Shown: piece by piece, positions 1 to 10,731 of the stretch
Layout: the number at the start of each line of letters is the position of its first letter
How positions within the stretch are numbered: the first letter of the stretch is position 1
Assembly: GCA_964588985.1 (NCBI GenBank)
Contig: CAZPQW010000011.1
Span: 41,069-105,068 of the forward strand
DNA length: 64,000 bases
Direction: 5' to 3'
Origin: an uncultured Solirubrobacteraceae bacterium
Lineage (GTDB): Bacteria; Actinomycetota; Thermoleophilia; Solirubrobacterales; Solirubrobacteraceae
The notes under the pieces: generated by a model
Database searches by the model: none
What the model was told of the DNA's origin: nothing
Seen by the model: the letters and a program-made list of their open reading frames with translations, nothing else
Program-made: the position numbers and the translations under genes

Positions 1-37
1 ATGCTCTCCACGGCGGCGCGGAAACGCGCTGCGGCGC

Positions 38-2185
38 TCATGCGGGCATCTCCCGCGGTGCGCCCTCGTGCAACCCGATGCGCGCATGCAGCCGGCGCAG
101 CGGACGCGGCGCCCACCACGTGCGCTCGCCCAGGCGGCCCATCAGCGCGGGCACGAGCAGCGCGCGCACGACCGTCGCGTCGATCGCCACCGCGAGCGCC
201 GCGCCGACGCCGAGCTGCTTGATGAAGAAGATGTGCGACGTCACGAACGCGCCGATCGCGACGCACAGCAAGAGCGCGGCCGCCGTGATCAGCCGCCCGG
301 TGCGCTCTAGTCCCTGAGCGACCGCGTCGCGGGTGGACAGCCCCATGTCGTGCGCCTCCTTGATCCTCGCGAACAGGAACACACCGTAGTCGGTCGACAG
401 CGCGAACGCCACGACGAACAGGAGCACCAGGTTCGACTCCTCGAGGCCCCCGATCGGGCTGAATCCCATCAGCGAGGAGAGGTGGCCATCCTGGAATATC
501 AGCACCAGCAGGCCGGCGCCGACGGCGACGGTCAGCGCGTTCATCACCAGCGCGAGCAGCGGCAGCACGAGCGAGCCGGTCATCAGGAAGATGATGCCGC
601 CGGTGACGAGCGCGAGGATCACGAGCGCAGGATCGACGTTCGCCGCGACCGCCGCCTTCTGGTCGACGAACCACGCCGTGGGGCCGCCCACGAGCAGCGT
701 CGAGGAGGACGCGAGCGTGCGCAGCCTTCGGATCAGCCGCTGGTTAACCGAGGAGCCATCCTGGCCCCTGGGGTTCAGTTCGAACTGCCACGTTTCGCGG
801 CCGTAGTAACGGGGCGGCACGAGGCTCGCCTGCCCGGACGCGATCGCCTGCGCGCGCTGTGCCAACCCCGTGACCGTCTGGCGCGCGCCGGCCGGTGCGC
901 GCACGACCAGCGTGATCGCCTGTGAGCCGTTCACTGGGAAGTCGCGACCGAGTGTTTCGGCGACCTGGCGCGGCTGCGAGGAGCTCGGCAGCACGCGAGC
1001 GTCGGGCGGGGTGAGCTGTAGGCGCAGGGCTGGGAGCGAGATCGCGATCAGCGCGACCGCGGTGACGAGCGCGATCAGGCCCGGGCGACGCATCACGCCG
1101 CGCGCGAGCCGATACCAGGCGCCGCGCTCGGACGGCTGCGCGATGTCCTGAGCGCTGCGCTGCATCCAGCGGGGCGCGAGCGAGTCGATGCGCGGACCGA
1201 GCGCCACGAGCACCGCCGGCAGCACCACGAGCGCAACCGCGCCGTCGGCCAGCGCCACGAGCCCGCCGCCCACGCCCATCGAGTAGAGGAATCGCAGCGG
1301 GAACACGAGCAGGCACGAGAGCGCGCCCGCGACGGTCAGCGAGCTGTAGAGCACCGTGCGCCCGGCGGTCTCGAGCGTGCGCCTGATCGCAGTAGCGGTG
1401 TCTGCGCCGCGGGCGAGCTCTTCGCGGTAGCGCGAGAGCACGAACAGGCTGTAGTCGATGCCGAGGCCGAGGCCGATGCCGGTGACGAGGTTGACCGCGA
1501 AGATTGACAGGCCCGCGAACTGGTCGATCAGCCGCAGCAGCAGGAACGTGGCCACGATCGCGAAGCCGCCCACGAGCAGCGGCAGGACGGCGGCGATCAG
1601 GCCACGGAACACCCAAAGCGAGAGCAGCAGCAGGATCGGGAAGGCGAACGTCTCCGCGGCCCGCAGGTCCGAGCTGGTGCGTTCGTTGATTTCGCTGAAC
1701 GCCACGTCGTTGCCGCCGAAGCTAACGCCGCTGCCAGCGAGCAGCGGGCGAACGTGTGCGACCGCGTCCTTCGAGCGTTCGCGATTCGTGAACGCCGCCA
1801 GCACGACCGTCTGTCGCCCGTCGCGCGAGACGAGCTCGGGCAGGTGGGTGCTCGGATAGTCGATCACGCGTTGGAAGCCTGGCTGCTTCGAAAGCAGCGC
1901 GGCCACCCGCGTCGTCTCAGCGGCGGCGGCTGGATCGCTGCGCACGTCGGCCCCGCTCGGCACAAGCGCCGCGACGCCGAATCCGGCGGACTGGCCTGTG
2001 GCTCGTTCGATCGCATGCAGCGCCTGCTGGTTCTGCGAGTGCGGGTCCTGGAAATCCGAGGATTCGCTCTTGAGGATCGAGACGACCGGGGCTCCCAGCG
2101 CGGCCGCCACCAGGAACAGGACGCCCGCGAGGATCAGCACGCGGCGGGTGTGCCCGGTTGCGAGCGCCAGCAGCCGAGAGGTCAT
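38..2185 (-). CDS. MMPL/RND family membrane exporter
   Basis: 715 aa; two hydrophobic bundles with GLGIDYSLF and ALSTDYGVFL motifs; ends with the DATVVRALLVPA...WWAP segment typical of MMPL. Confidence 0.9.
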   Translation of the reverse strand: MTSRLLALATGHTRRVLILAGVLFLVAAALGAPVVSILKSESSDFQDPHSQNQQALHAIERATGQSAGFGVAALVPSGADVRSDPAAAAETTRVAALLSKQPGFQRVIDYPSTHLPELVSRDGRQTVVLAAFTNRERSKDAVAHVRPLLAGSGVSFGGNDVAFSEINERTSSDLRAAETFAFPILLLLSLWVFRGLIAAVLPLLVGGFAIVATFLLLRLIDQFAGLSIFAVNLVTGIGLGLGIDYSLFVLSRYREELARGADTATAIRRTLETAGRTVLYSSLTVAGALSCLLVFPLRFLYSMGVGGGLVALADGAVALVVLPAVLVALGPRIDSLAPRWMQRSAQDIAQPSERGAWYRLARGVMRRPGLIALVTAVALIAISLPALRLQLTPPDARVLPSSSQPRQVAETLGRDFPVNGSQAITLVVRAPAGARQTVTGLAQRAQAIASGQASLVPPRYYGRETWQFELNPRGQDGSSVNQRLIRRLRTLASSSTLLVGGPTAWFVDQKAAVAANVDPALVILALVTGGIIFLMTGSLVLPLLALVMNALTVAVGAGLLVLIFQDGHLSSLMGFSPIGGLEESNLVLLFVVAFALSTDYGVFLFARIKEAHDMGLSTRDAVAQGLERTGRLITAAALLLCVAIGAFVTSHIFFIKQLGVGAALAVAIDATVVRALLVPALMGRLGERTWWAPRPLRRLHARIGLHEGAPREMPA

Positions 2186-2229
2186 CGTCCGCTCTCCTCC
2201 CTGTCGGTGTCGCGCAACCGCACTCCTAC

Positions 2230-2259
2230 ATTATGAGTGACTGCTAACTAACTTGTCAA
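2230..2259 (-). promoter_or_regulatory. Sigma-70-type promoter of the MMPL gene, with overlapping imperfect palindrome
   Basis: Minus strand reads TTGACA-N18-CATAAT in an AT-rich gap; CACTC-N9-GAGTG inverted repeat at 2221-2239. Confidence 0.65.
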
Positions 2260-2282
2260 GGGCAAGTTCAGCTAGATGGATC

Positions 2283-2732
2283 TCAATCGGACGCTTCGCG
2301 CCAGACCTCGACCGAGACCTCGTCCACCGGAAGCGCGATCGGCGGCTCCGGCTTGGCCGCCTTCACCCACACGCCCTCGAGGTCGTAGTCGGCGAGCAGC
2401 CGGTCGGCGATCGTGCTGCAGAGCCGCTCGAGCGTTTTGTGCGAGCGCTGCTGGGCGATCAGCGCGACGAGCTGGCAGACCTCGGCGTAGTCGACCGTGT
2501 CCTCGAGCGAGTCCGTTACGGTCGCGTCGGTCTCGCCGATGTCCAGACGCAGGTCGAGCACCAGGCGCTGGCCCACCTCGCGCTCGGCCTCGGTGACACC
2601 GTGGTGGGTGTACAGCGAAAGTCCGCTGATCTCGATCGTGACCGCCTCGGCGGCCTCTTCGCCCTCCTCTTCGAGACCTGCGTCGTCGTCTAGCTCGTCT
2701 GGGTCCTCGCCATGCCCCTCGTCGTCGGCCAC
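2283..2732 (-). CDS. folB: Dihydroneopterin aldolase
   Basis: HHGV..AER..GQRL..DL, DTVDYA and K.EPPI motifs; directly follows folP; acidic N-terminal extension. Confidence 0.92.
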   Translation of the reverse strand: MADDEGHGEDPDELDDDAGLEEEGEEAAEAVTIEISGLSLYTHHGVTEAEREVGQRLVLDLRLDIGETDATVTDSLEDTVDYAEVCQLVALIAQQRSHKTLERLCSTIADRLLADYDLEGVWVKAAKPEPPIALPVDEVSVEVWREASD

Positions 2733-3622
2733 GAGCCCAACGTAGCAGCCGCCACCGTCAGCGCGGCGCTCACCGGGCCGACGTCGTGCACGCGGAACAA
2801 GCTCGCCCCGCGCTCATACGCGAGCACGTTCGTCGCGATCGTCCCCGGTAGGCGCTCCTCCGGGGACACGGGCTCGCGCTCGCCCGCACCGTCGGCGATC
2901 AGCCGGCCGAGGAAGCTCTTGCGCGAGGTCCCCACGAGGAGTGGGCAACCGAGCGAAGTCAGCTCATCGAGGCGAGCGAGCAGCACGAGGTTGTGCTCGA
3001 GCGTCTTGCCGAAGCCGATGCCCGGGTCGAGCACGATCCGCTGCTCGGGGATGCCGGCGCTCACCGCGAAGCTCAGACGCTCCTCGAGAAACGCCTTGAC
3101 GTCGTCGACCACATCTTTGTATTGAGGCCCACCCTCGCGCTGCATCGTGCGGGGCTCGCCGAGCATGTGCATCAGACAGCAGTCGACGCCGCTTTCGGCC
3201 ACCACGCCGACCATCCCCGGATCGGCTCGCAGCGCGCTCACGTCGTTGACGATGCTCGCCCCCGCGGCGATCGCGGCTCGCGCCACCGCCGCCTTGGACG
3301 TGTCGATCGAGACCTGCGGAGGCGTGGAGATCCAATCGGTCGCGGCGATCCCCTCGAGCACCGGCAGCACCCTGCGCAGCTCCTCCTCACCCGAGACCGG
3401 CTCGGCTCCCGGCCGCGTCGACTCGCCACCCACATCCAGGATGTCCGCGCCTTCTGCGACCAGCGTCAACGCGTGCGCGATCGCATCGCCCGCGTCGAGG
3501 TACTCCCCTCCGTCTGAGAACGAGTCGGGGGTCACGTTCACAACCCCCATGATTCGGAACGGCGAGGCGTCAGGCAGGTTCTGGGCGCTCTTTGTCGCTG
3601 GCTCTGATCTCAGCCGTTCCAC
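2690..3622 (-). CDS. folP: Dihydropteroate synthase (start uncertain)
   Basis: IMGVVNVTPDSFSDGG, GGESTRPG, DPGIGFGK, SRKSF and RVHDV motifs. Confidence 0.95.
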   Translation of the reverse strand: MERLRSEPATKSAQNLPDASPFRIMGVVNVTPDSFSDGGEYLDAGDAIAHALTLVAEGADILDVGGESTRPGAEPVSGEEELRRVLPVLEGIAATDWISTPPQVSIDTSKAAVARAAIAAGASIVNDVSALRADPGMVGVVAESGVDCCLMHMLGEPRTMQREGGPQYKDVVDDVKAFLEERLSFAVSAGIPEQRIVLDPGIGFGKTLEHNLVLLARLDELTSLGCPLLVGTSRKSFLGRLIADGAGEREPVSPEERLPGTIATNVLAYERGASLFRVHDVGPVSAALTVAAATLGSWPTTRGMARTQTS

Positions 3623-5558
3623 CCGCGAGCCCTGGCCTCGGAACCGGGCGCGGCACGGTCTCGCGCTCCGCGCGCTCAGCCGAGGCGGGCGGCGCGGGAA
3701 GCTCCGGCGTGGCGGCGTCTTCGATGCCGAACACCTCCTCCTCGCTCTTGCCCGCGAGCAGCGCCGCGAACTCCTCCTTCTCGATCGTCTCGCGTTTGAC
3801 GAGGATCTCGGAGATGTTCTTCAGGTCGTGCTCGTGTTCGGAGAGGATGCTCGTCGCGCGCTGGTGGGCGGACTCGATGATGCGGCGAATCTCGTCGTCG
3901 ATCTCGCGGGCGATCTCGTCGGAGTAGTCCGGTTCGCTGGAGAATTCGCGGCCGAGGAACGGCTGGCTGTGGTCGTGGCCGAACACGCGCGGCCCGAGCT
4001 TCTGGCTCATGCCGAAGCGCATCACCATCTGCTTCGCCGTGGCGGTGACCTTCTCGATGTCGTTGGAAGCTCCGGTGGTGATCTCGCCGAAGACGATTTC
4101 CTCGGCGGCGCGTCCGCCGAGCGTCATCGCCATCGTGTCCTCGAGCTCGGCGCGCGTGGTCAGGAAACGGTCCTCCTGGGGCATCGAGATCGTGTAGCCG
4201 AGCGCCTGGCCACGTGAGATCACGGAGATCTTGTGCACCGGGTCAGCGTGCTCGAGGAAGTGGCCCACGAGCGCGTGGCCCATCTCGTGGTAGGCGGTGA
4301 TGAGGCGCTCTTTCTCGCTCATCACGCGCGTCTTCTTCTCCGGGCCGGCGATCACGCGCATGATCCCCTCCTCCAGCTCGACCTGGCCGATCTCGCGCTT
4401 GCCGGTGCGCGCGGACAGCAGCGCCGCCTCGTTGATCAGGTTGGAGAGGTCAGCGCCGGTAAAGCCCGGGGTCTGTCCCGCGAGCGCGTCGATGTCGATG
4501 ACCTTCGCGAGCGGCTTGCCGCGCGTGTGGACCTCGAGGATCTTCGCGCGACCCTTGCGGTCGGGGCGGTCGACGGCGATCTGGCGGTCGAAGCGCCCGG
4601 GGCGCAGCAGCGCCGGGTCGAGGATGTCGGGCCGGTTGGTGGCCGCGATCATGATGATGTTGTCCTTCGCCTCGAAGCCGTCCATCTCGACGAGCAGCTG
4701 GTTGAGCGTCTGCTCGCGCTCGTCGTGACCGCCGCCCAGGCCCGCGCCGCGGTGGCGGCCGACGGCGTCGATCTCGTCCATGAAGATGATGCACGGGCTG
4801 TTCTGCTTGGCCTGCTCGAACAGATCGCGGACGCGCGATGCGCCGACGCCGACGAACATCTCCACGAAGTCCGAGCCGGAGATCGAGAAGAACGGCACGC
4901 CCGCCTCGCCGGCGACCGCGCGCGCGAGCAGCGTCTTGCCCGTTCCCGGGGGGCCGTACAGCAGCACGCCGGTGGGGATCCGCGCACCGAGCGCCTGGAA
5001 CTTCTTCGGGTTCTCCAGGAACTCCTTGATCTCGTGGAGCTCCTCCACCGCCTCGTCCACGCCGGCCACGTCGCGGAAGGTGATCTTCGGCGAGTCCGCG
5101 GACATGCGCTTGGCGCGCGACTTGCCGAACGACATCACTTTCGAGCCGCCGCCCTGGACCTGGTTCATGATGAAAAGCCAGAACCCGAAGAACAGCAGGA
5201 TCGGGACGATGTAGCCGAGCAGGCTCAGCAGCGCGTCGCTCTTTTCCGCTTCGATGTTGAACTTGACCCCGGGAACGCTTTCGAGCTTTTTGAGCAGTTC
5301 GGGCGTGGCCTGTTCGATGAAGCCGATTTCGTAGCTTTCCTTGTTCGCCTTGCTGTTGAGCTTGACTTCGAGCGCTTTGCCCTTGTTCTTCAGCAGGACC
5401 GATTCGACTTCGCCTTTGGGGATCTCCGTGGAGACCAGCGTCTGATAGCTGTGCGAATGCCGGTTGGACGAACTCGGCGTGAAGAATTTGACGGCGAGAA
5501 ACGCCAACACCACGACGATGAGGATCGGAAATGCGGCGCTCTTGAAGAAGCGGGTCAT
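3570..5558 (-). CDS. ftsH: ATP-dependent zinc metalloprotease FtsH
   Basis: Two TM helices, Walker [16 protein letters not shown] region RPGRFDR, HEMGH zinc motif; start set at ATG 5558 (MTRFFK). Confidence 0.97.
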   Translation of the reverse strand: MTRFFKSAAFPILIVVVLAFLAVKFFTPSSSNRHSHSYQTLVSTEIPKGEVESVLLKNKGKALEVKLNSKANKESYEIGFIEQATPELLKKLESVPGVKFNIEAEKSDALLSLLGYIVPILLFFGFWLFIMNQVQGGGSKVMSFGKSRAKRMSADSPKITFRDVAGVDEAVEELHEIKEFLENPKKFQALGARIPTGVLLYGPPGTGKTLLARAVAGEAGVPFFSISGSDFVEMFVGVGASRVRDLFEQAKQNSPCIIFMDEIDAVGRHRGAGLGGGHDEREQTLNQLLVEMDGFEAKDNIIMIAATNRPDILDPALLRPGRFDRQIAVDRPDRKGRAKILEVHTRGKPLAKVIDIDALAGQTPGFTGADLSNLINEAALLSARTGKREIGQVELEEGIMRVIAGPEKKTRVMSEKERLITAYHEMGHALVGHFLEHADPVHKISVISRGQALGYTISMPQEDRFLTTRAELEDTMAMTLGGRAAEEIVFGEITTGASNDIEKVTATAKQMVMRFGMSQKLGPRVFGHDHSQPFLGREFSSEPDYSDEIAREIDDEIRRIIESAHQRATSILSEHEHDLKNISEILVKRETIEKEEFAALLAGKSEEEVFGIEDAATPELPAPPASAERAERETVPRPVPRPGLAGGTAEIRASDKERPEPA

Positions 5559-5679
5559 GGCGAGTTCCTGAGGGTCCTGGCACCGTCTGAGGTCGTGACC
5601 ACCGCTCCCCAGCGTACCATGCAGGACCGGCCCTTCGGGCGGTTGCGCGGGACGCTCGAGACCCGAAGGCCGAGGCTCT

Positions 5680-6228
5680 CTAGCTGTCCAGCACCGCCAC
5701 GTAGGGCAAGTTGCGGTGGCGCTCGGCGTAGTCGAGCCCATAGCCGACCACAAAGCGGTCGGGTATCTCAAAGCCCACGTAGCGAGTGGGCAGGTCGACC
5801 TTGCGCCGCTCGGGCTTTGTCAGAAGCGCGCACACCTCGAGCGTGCGCGGGTTGCGCGAGCCGAGGTTGCGAAGCAGGTACTGCAGAGTCAACCCGGAGT
5901 CGACGATGTCCTCGACGATCAGCACGTCGCGGTCTTCTATCGACGCGTCGAGGTCCTTGAGGATGCGAACCACGCCGGAGGAGTCGGTGGCGGAGCCGTA
6001 GGAGGCGACCGCCATGAAGTCGACCTCGACGGGGATGTCGATGAAGCGCATGAGATCGCTCAGGAAGAACACCGCGCCCTTGAGCACGCCTACGAGCAGC
6101 AGCGGCCTGCCGGCATAGTCGCGAGAGATCTCCTCGCCAAGTTCCACCACCCTACGCTGCAGGTCCTCGGCGGTGACCAGCACCTCGCCCAGACCTGGCT
6201 CGACTGAGACGCGTGCGGGTGTGGCCAC
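5680..6228 (-). CDS. hpt: Hypoxanthine phosphoribosyltransferase
   Basis: [17 protein letters not shown] motif, FVVGYGLDY; tilS-hpt-ftsH synteny. Confidence 0.95.
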   Translation of the reverse strand: MATPARVSVEPGLGEVLVTAEDLQRRVVELGEEISRDYAGRPLLLVGVLKGAVFFLSDLMRFIDIPVEVDFMAVASYGSATDSSGVVRILKDLDASIEDRDVLIVEDIVDSGLTLQYLLRNLGSRNPRTLEVCALLTKPERRKVDLPTRYVGFEIPDRFVVGYGLDYAERHRNLPYVAVLDS

Positions 6229-6238
6229 GCGAGGGAGT

Positions 6239-7246
6239 CTAGTCCTCGTGCGGCGGCTGCTCGGCGGGGGAGCGCTCGGCGCGTGGCGGAAGCTTCACCA
6301 TCGTGAGGACGCCGTCCTCGATGACGGCGCCGGCACGCCCCCCTACGTGCAGCTCCGCGCGGCCGCCGCGACGACCGAGCGCGATCAGCTCCTCGACGCG
6401 CTCGCCGGCCTGCGGTACGTACGTGCCCGCGGCCTCCTCGGCGAGGCGCACCACCACCAGTCGTGCCAGCGCGGCCGGCAGCTGGCTCAGCCGGAGGATC
6501 GCGATGCCCGCGCGCCCGGCGAGCTCGCCTGTGACGAGCTCGTCGAGCAGCTCGGTCTCCTCGCGCAACAGCGCGGCGGTGCGCAGCACGTTGGCCTCGG
6601 CGGCGGGGTGCACGGCGCGCAGGGCCGGCAGCAGCCCGTGCCTAACACGAGTGCGGGCATAGCGCTCGTCCGCGTTGCTCTCGTCCTCTCGCCAGCCGAG
6701 CCCCTGTGCTTCGCAGTAGGCGGCCGTCTGCTCGCGCGTGACCCCCAGCAACGGGCGGATCAGGCGCCCCTCGCTCGCGACCATCCCCTGCAACGCGCGC
6801 CGTCCGGGAGAGGCCGCCAGCCGGTAGAGGATCGTCTCGACCTGGTCGCTGGCGGTGTGGCCCGTGGCGACGAGCGCATCGCGCCGTTGCGCCGACCGCG
6901 TCGCCGCGTCGTAGCGCAGCTCGCGCGCCCACGCCTGCACGTTGCCGGCGGCTCCCGGCATACCCGGCGAGCCCGCGTCGCGCTCCGCGCGCACCACCTC
7001 CAGCTCGACGCCCAGCCGCTCGCACACCGCCGCGCAGTGACGCTCGTCCGCGTCCGCCTGCTCGCGCAGCCCGTAGTTGACATGCAGGGCGCTCACCCAC
7101 TCCGGGCCAAGCAGCGCCACGGCCACGTCGAGCAGACAGGTCGAATCGCGCCCTCCGGAGAGCATCGCGAGGATCGGACGCCCGCCCGCCGCGCGCGCGA
7201 ACAGCCCGCTCGCGCCGATCGTCTCGCGCACCTCCTCGACGATCAT
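6239..7246 (-). CDS. tilS: tRNA(Ile) lysidine synthetase
   Basis: PP-loop [24 protein letters not shown]; start set at ATG 7246. Confidence 0.93.
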   Translation of the reverse strand: MIVEEVRETIGASGLFARAAGGRPILAMLSGGRDSTCLLDVAVALLGPEWVSALHVNYGLREQADADERHCAAVCERLGVELEVVRAERDAGSPGMPGAAGNVQAWARELRYDAATRSAQRRDALVATGHTASDQVETILYRLAASPGRRALQGMVASEGRLIRPLLGVTREQTAAYCEAQGLGWREDESNADERYARTRVRHGLLPALRAVHPAAEANVLRTAALLREETELLDELVTGELAGRAGIAILRLSQLPAALARLVVVRLAEEAAGTYVPQAGERVEELIALGRRGGRAELHVGGRAGAVIEDGVLTMVKLPPRAERSPAEQPPHED

Positions 7247-7248
7247 CT

Positions 7249-8469
7249 CTACCCCTCGCGAGCGGAGGCCACGAACAGCTCCGTCGGCTCGGAGAAGCCC
7301 TTCAGCCGAACCTCGCCGATGCGGATGAACTCGAGGCCGTCGTGCCCCTGAGCGCTTTCCACCACCGAGCGCGTCACGAGCACCTCCCCGCCTCCCGCCC
7401 TTGCGACCACGCGCGCGGCCTGATTGACCTCGCGGCCGAAGTAGTCGCCGTCGCGGTAGAGCGCCTCGCCGTAGTGCACGCCGATCCGCGGCGGCGGCTC
7501 GCCGGGCGCGATCTGGTCCTGCAGGCCGACCGCCCATGCCGTCAGCGCGGCCACGTCGGAACCCACGACCATCACCTCGTCGCCGAGCGTCTTGATCACG
7601 CGCGCGTCCAGCGGCAGGCTCTGCGCAACGGCCCTGACGAACCCTTCCACCGTGCTTACCGCCGCCTCGTCCCCGCGCTCGACGGTCAGGCGCGCGTAGC
7701 CGGCGAGGTCGGCGAACGCGATCGCCACGCGCAGCCGTCCCTCCTCGAGGACGTCGTCGCCCAGGTCGGCCTCCATGTGACCGATCATGTCCTGCTCCAC
7801 GAAGTGCGTGAGGAAACGGCCGTGCAGGTAGTTCATGAACGGCGCCGCGAACGGGAATATCTCGCGCACCAGCCCCTCCATCTCCTCGGCGACCTCGACG
7901 CTCGGCACGCCCGCGCGCATCAGCGGCTCGTGCACGTAGAGATGGACCAGCCGCACCTCCGCGTCGGCGATCTGCGCGATCACCTGGCCGTAGACGCGCA
8001 TCAGCTGCAGGAACGCTGGCAGCGGAAAGCCAGCGCCGAGCATCGTGGACACGTAGCGCATCATCTCCAGGTCTTCGTCGGAGATCGCCTCCAGTGGAAG
8101 GGTGCCGAGGCCCATGGTGATGTAGATCTCTTCGATCAGCTCCGGCTTGACGCCGCTCTCGCGCGCGGCGTCCTTGAGCGAGTGCCGCGGCTCGGAGCTG
8201 CGCAGCATGTTCTCGATCGGCCCGACGGCGAGCTGGCCGTTGTCGCTGGCCTGCTTGATTCGCTCGAGCGTGTGACCGCGAGCGCGAAGCCTCGCGACCA
8301 CGCGGACGTAGGCCATGGCGGAAGGGGTCCAGCGTCCGTCGTAGCCGGGGACCAGGCCCTTGGCGACCCAGCGGCGGACCGTCGCGGCGGAGACGCCAGC
8401 GCGCGCGGCCACCTGAGCGAGCGTCAGCTCGCCGGTCTCGCGCACTGGATCAGCGTCGGGCTCGTTCAC
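7249..8469 (-). CDS. MerR-type HTH fused to class III adenylate cyclase
   Basis: N-terminal VAARAGVSAATVRRW HTH; C-terminal FADLAGY, KTLGD and DYFGREVNQAARV cyclase motifs. Confidence 0.88.
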   Translation of the reverse strand: MNEPDADPVRETGELTLAQVAARAGVSAATVRRWVAKGLVPGYDGRWTPSAMAYVRVVARLRARGHTLERIKQASDNGQLAVGPIENMLRSSEPRHSLKDAARESGVKPELIEEIYITMGLGTLPLEAISDEDLEMMRYVSTMLGAGFPLPAFLQLMRVYGQVIAQIADAEVRLVHLYVHEPLMRAGVPSVEVAEEMEGLVREIFPFAAPFMNYLHGRFLTHFVEQDMIGHMEADLGDDVLEEGRLRVAIAFADLAGYARLTVERGDEAAVSTVEGFVRAVAQSLPLDARVIKTLGDEVMVVGSDVAALTAWAVGLQDQIAPGEPPPRIGVHYGEALYRDGDYFGREVNQAARVVARAGGGEVLVTRSVVESAQGHDGLEFIRIGEVRLKGFSEPTELFVASAREG

Positions 8470-8524
8470 TCAGACGCGAGGCGCGGCGGGCATTCCCATA
8501 CCTCGAAGTCTAAAGTCGCGGCCG

Positions 8525-9244
8525 ATGGCACACGATCCACCCCACCCGGAAGCGGCGCGTCAGCCCTCGATCCACCTGCGTCCGACGGCGGAGTTGAGCG
8601 AGCGCGTGCTGCTGCCCGGCGACCCTGGCCGCGCGCTGATGCTGGCCCAGGCCCTGCTGCAGGAGCCGCGCATGTTCAACCACCACCGCGGCCTGTGGGG
8701 CTACACCGGCACAGCAAGCGATGGCGGCAAGCTGACGATCCAGGCGACCGGCATGGGCGGACCGTCGGCGGCGATCGTGCTGCACGAGCTGATCGTGCTG
8801 GGAGCCCGCCGGGCGATCCGTGTGGGCACCTGCGGCGCGCTCGCTCCTGGGCTCGAGCTGGGCGAGCTCGTGGTGGCATGCGAGGCGATCTGCGCCGACG
8901 GCACCTCGCGCGCGCTGGGCGCGGGCGAGCGGATCGCGGCCGACCCGGCGCTCACGCGCGCGCTGACGCGCGAGGCGCGGGGAGCGCGCGAAGGCGCCGT
9001 CGTGAGCGTGGATCTCTTCTACGAGGACGGCGACCCGGGCGATGGTCGCGACGCGCTCGCGGTGGAGATGGAGGCGGCGACGCTGTTCGCGGTCGGCGCC
9101 CGAGCGCACGTTCCCGTGGCCTGTGTGCTGGCTGTGTCCGACACGTTCGACGGAGAGGGCAACCGCGCGCGAATCGAGGATGATGCGCTGCTCGCCGCTG
9201 CGGAGAGGATGGGGGCGGCGGCGATCGCCGCCCTCGCGGCCTGA
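8525..9244 (+). CDS. Purine nucleoside phosphorylase (PNP/UDP family)
   Basis: LPGDPGRA, TGMGGPS, RVGTCG and VEMEAA motifs. Confidence 0.88.
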   Translation: MAHDPPHPEAARQPSIHLRPTAELSERVLLPGDPGRALMLAQALLQEPRMFNHHRGLWGYTGTASDGGKLTIQATGMGGPSAAIVLHELIVLGARRAIRVGTCGALAPGLELGELVVACEAICADGTSRALGAGERIAADPALTRALTREARGAREGAVVSVDLFYEDGDPGDGRDALAVEMEAATLFAVGARAHVPVACVLAVSDTFDGEGNRARIEDDALLAAAERMGAAAIAALAA

Positions 9245-9256
9245 ACCGCTTGGGCC

Positions 9257-9799
9257 TCAGCCCGCTTTGGGCTTGGCTCTTGCCGCTTTGGCTTTCGCCG
9301 GTTTGGCTGCCGCTTTGGGCTTGGCGGCCGGTGTTCCCGATTTGCCTCGGACGCCAGCCGCTTTCGCGGTCGCCTTCGGTTTCGCCGCTTTGGCTTTCGG
9401 CTGCGCTTTGGCCGCCGCTTTGGGCTTGGCCGGCTGGTCGAGCTTGCTCGTGAGCGTGCGCAGCTGCTGCTCGATCGCGGACAGGCGCGCCTCGACCCCG
9501 CCCGTGGACGTGCCGCGATCGAGGCGGTCGACGCCGTCCTCGATGCCCTCCAGCCGGTGGGAGACCGAGCGCAGCCGCCTCGTCAGCCGTTCGATGTCGG
9601 CCGCGGAGGGGATGTTGAGCGCGCTCAGCGCCACCTCCTGTGCCTGCGCCGCCTTCTCGCGGGCCTCGAACGCGCGACCGATCGCGCCGGTCAGGAGCGG
9701 GTTTTCCAGCAGATCAGACAGCGCCTTGCCGAGCCGCTCCTCGGTGTTGCCGCCCAGGCGATCGCGCAGGTGCTTGGCGACATTGCTCGCGTCGGACAT
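9257..9799 (-). CDS. Hypothetical coiled-coil protein with Lys/Ala/Pro-rich histone-H1-like tail (phasin-like)
   Basis: LNIPSAADIERL...L phasin-like segment; KPKAAAK repeats at the C-terminus. Confidence 0.65.
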   Translation of the reverse strand: MSDASNVAKHLRDRLGGNTEERLGKALSDLLENPLLTGAIGRAFEAREKAAQAQEVALSALNIPSAADIERLTRRLRSVSHRLEGIEDGVDRLDRGTSTGGVEARLSAIEQQLRTLTSKLDQPAKPKAAAKAQPKAKAAKPKATAKAAGVRGKSGTPAAKPKAAAKPAKAKAARAKPKAG

Positions 9800-9822
9800 C
9801 TTCTGAAGGATACGGTGCAGCG

Positions 9823-10731
9823 ATGGGTCAGCGACTTTTCATCTTCGTGCAGATGGAGTTCCCGTGGATCCTCGGCCCGCCCGACGGTAGGTACCTGCTG
9901 CGCGCCGAGCGGGACGGAGAGCCGGAGCGCGTCGTGGTGATCGACACGCTGGCGGCCACTCGCGACCGAAAGGCGGCTCGCGGCGGATCGATCCTCAGGC
10001 GCTCGAGCCCCACCGAGGCCCCACCGGAACCCGATCCCGAGTCGGTCAGCACGACGCGCGTGACGGTGATCGATCCGATCTCGCTGTCGTCCGAGAACCA
10101 GGCCCGTGCTTGGCTCGAGGATCTGGGTGGCGATCGCGAGGTGCTCGCCGCCGTCGCGGTCGTCAACCGCGTTCTGTACTCGCATCGCATCGCCTCCGCG
10201 GACCCCCACGTCCACGAGGTCTCCCCCGCCCAGGCGCTCGCGATCAGGGCCGGCTGGGGCGAGGGCGAGCAGGTGGCCGACGGTCGCTGGCTGCACGCGC
10301 GCGTGCTGCCGTGGAAGCGTCCCGGCCACGGCTCGGGCGGCGCACTGCGAGTTGGCCGCGCGCGGTCGCTCGCGCTTCGCCCCCAGGAGCGCCTCGCGGA
10401 GCTGCTGGGCGCCCACGGGCAGGCGTTGGGATGCGAGGAGCTGGCCCTGCGCGCACGTCTGGACCTGGACCACGGGCGCACGCGCCTCGCGGCGCTCGAG
10501 CTCGATCGAGCGCTCGCGCTGGCCGCCACCGAGCTGCGGTCGGAGACCCGGCCGGACCTCGACATCCGCATCGCCGAGCTCGAACAGCTGCACACGGGCG
10601 TCGTCGAGCAGGCGACCGGCGCGCTGGCAAAGGAGGTCGCGGAGCTGGACGTGGAGGCCGTGACCCACGCGCTGGAGCGGCTCGAGGCGGCGCTGCGCGC
10701 GCGTTCGGCCACGGGCTTTAGTCTGCAGTGA
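9823..10731 (+). CDS. Conserved hypothetical protein
   Basis: GC3-biased ORF; TACGGT -10 six nt before ATG 9823; stop overlaps the next start (GTGA). Confidence 0.7.
   Translation: MGQRLFIFVQMEFPWILGPPDGRYLLRAERDGEPERVVVIDTLAATRDRKAARGGSILRRSSPTEAPPEPDPESVSTTRVTVIDPISLSSENQARAWLEDLGGDREVLAAVAVVNRVLYSHRIASADPHVHEVSPAQALAIRAGWGEGEQVADGRWLHARVLPWKRPGHGSGGALRVGRARSLALRPQERLAELLGAHGQALGCEELALRARLDLDHGRTRLAALELDRALALAATELRSETRPDLDIRIAELEQLHTGVVEQATGALAKEVAELDVEAVTHALERLEAALRARSATGFSLQ

Noticed and set aside
2238-2247. TGACTGCTAA shared with 14820-14829
   Set aside because: A single 10-mer match in different palindromic contexts; too weak to claim a shared regulator.
4233-5960. 575 aa plus-strand ORF, and similar long ORFs at 7342-9183, 25462-27219, 34907-36742 and 60098-62455
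   Set aside because: Antisense shadows of well-supported genes; expected in high-GC DNA and they carry no motifs.
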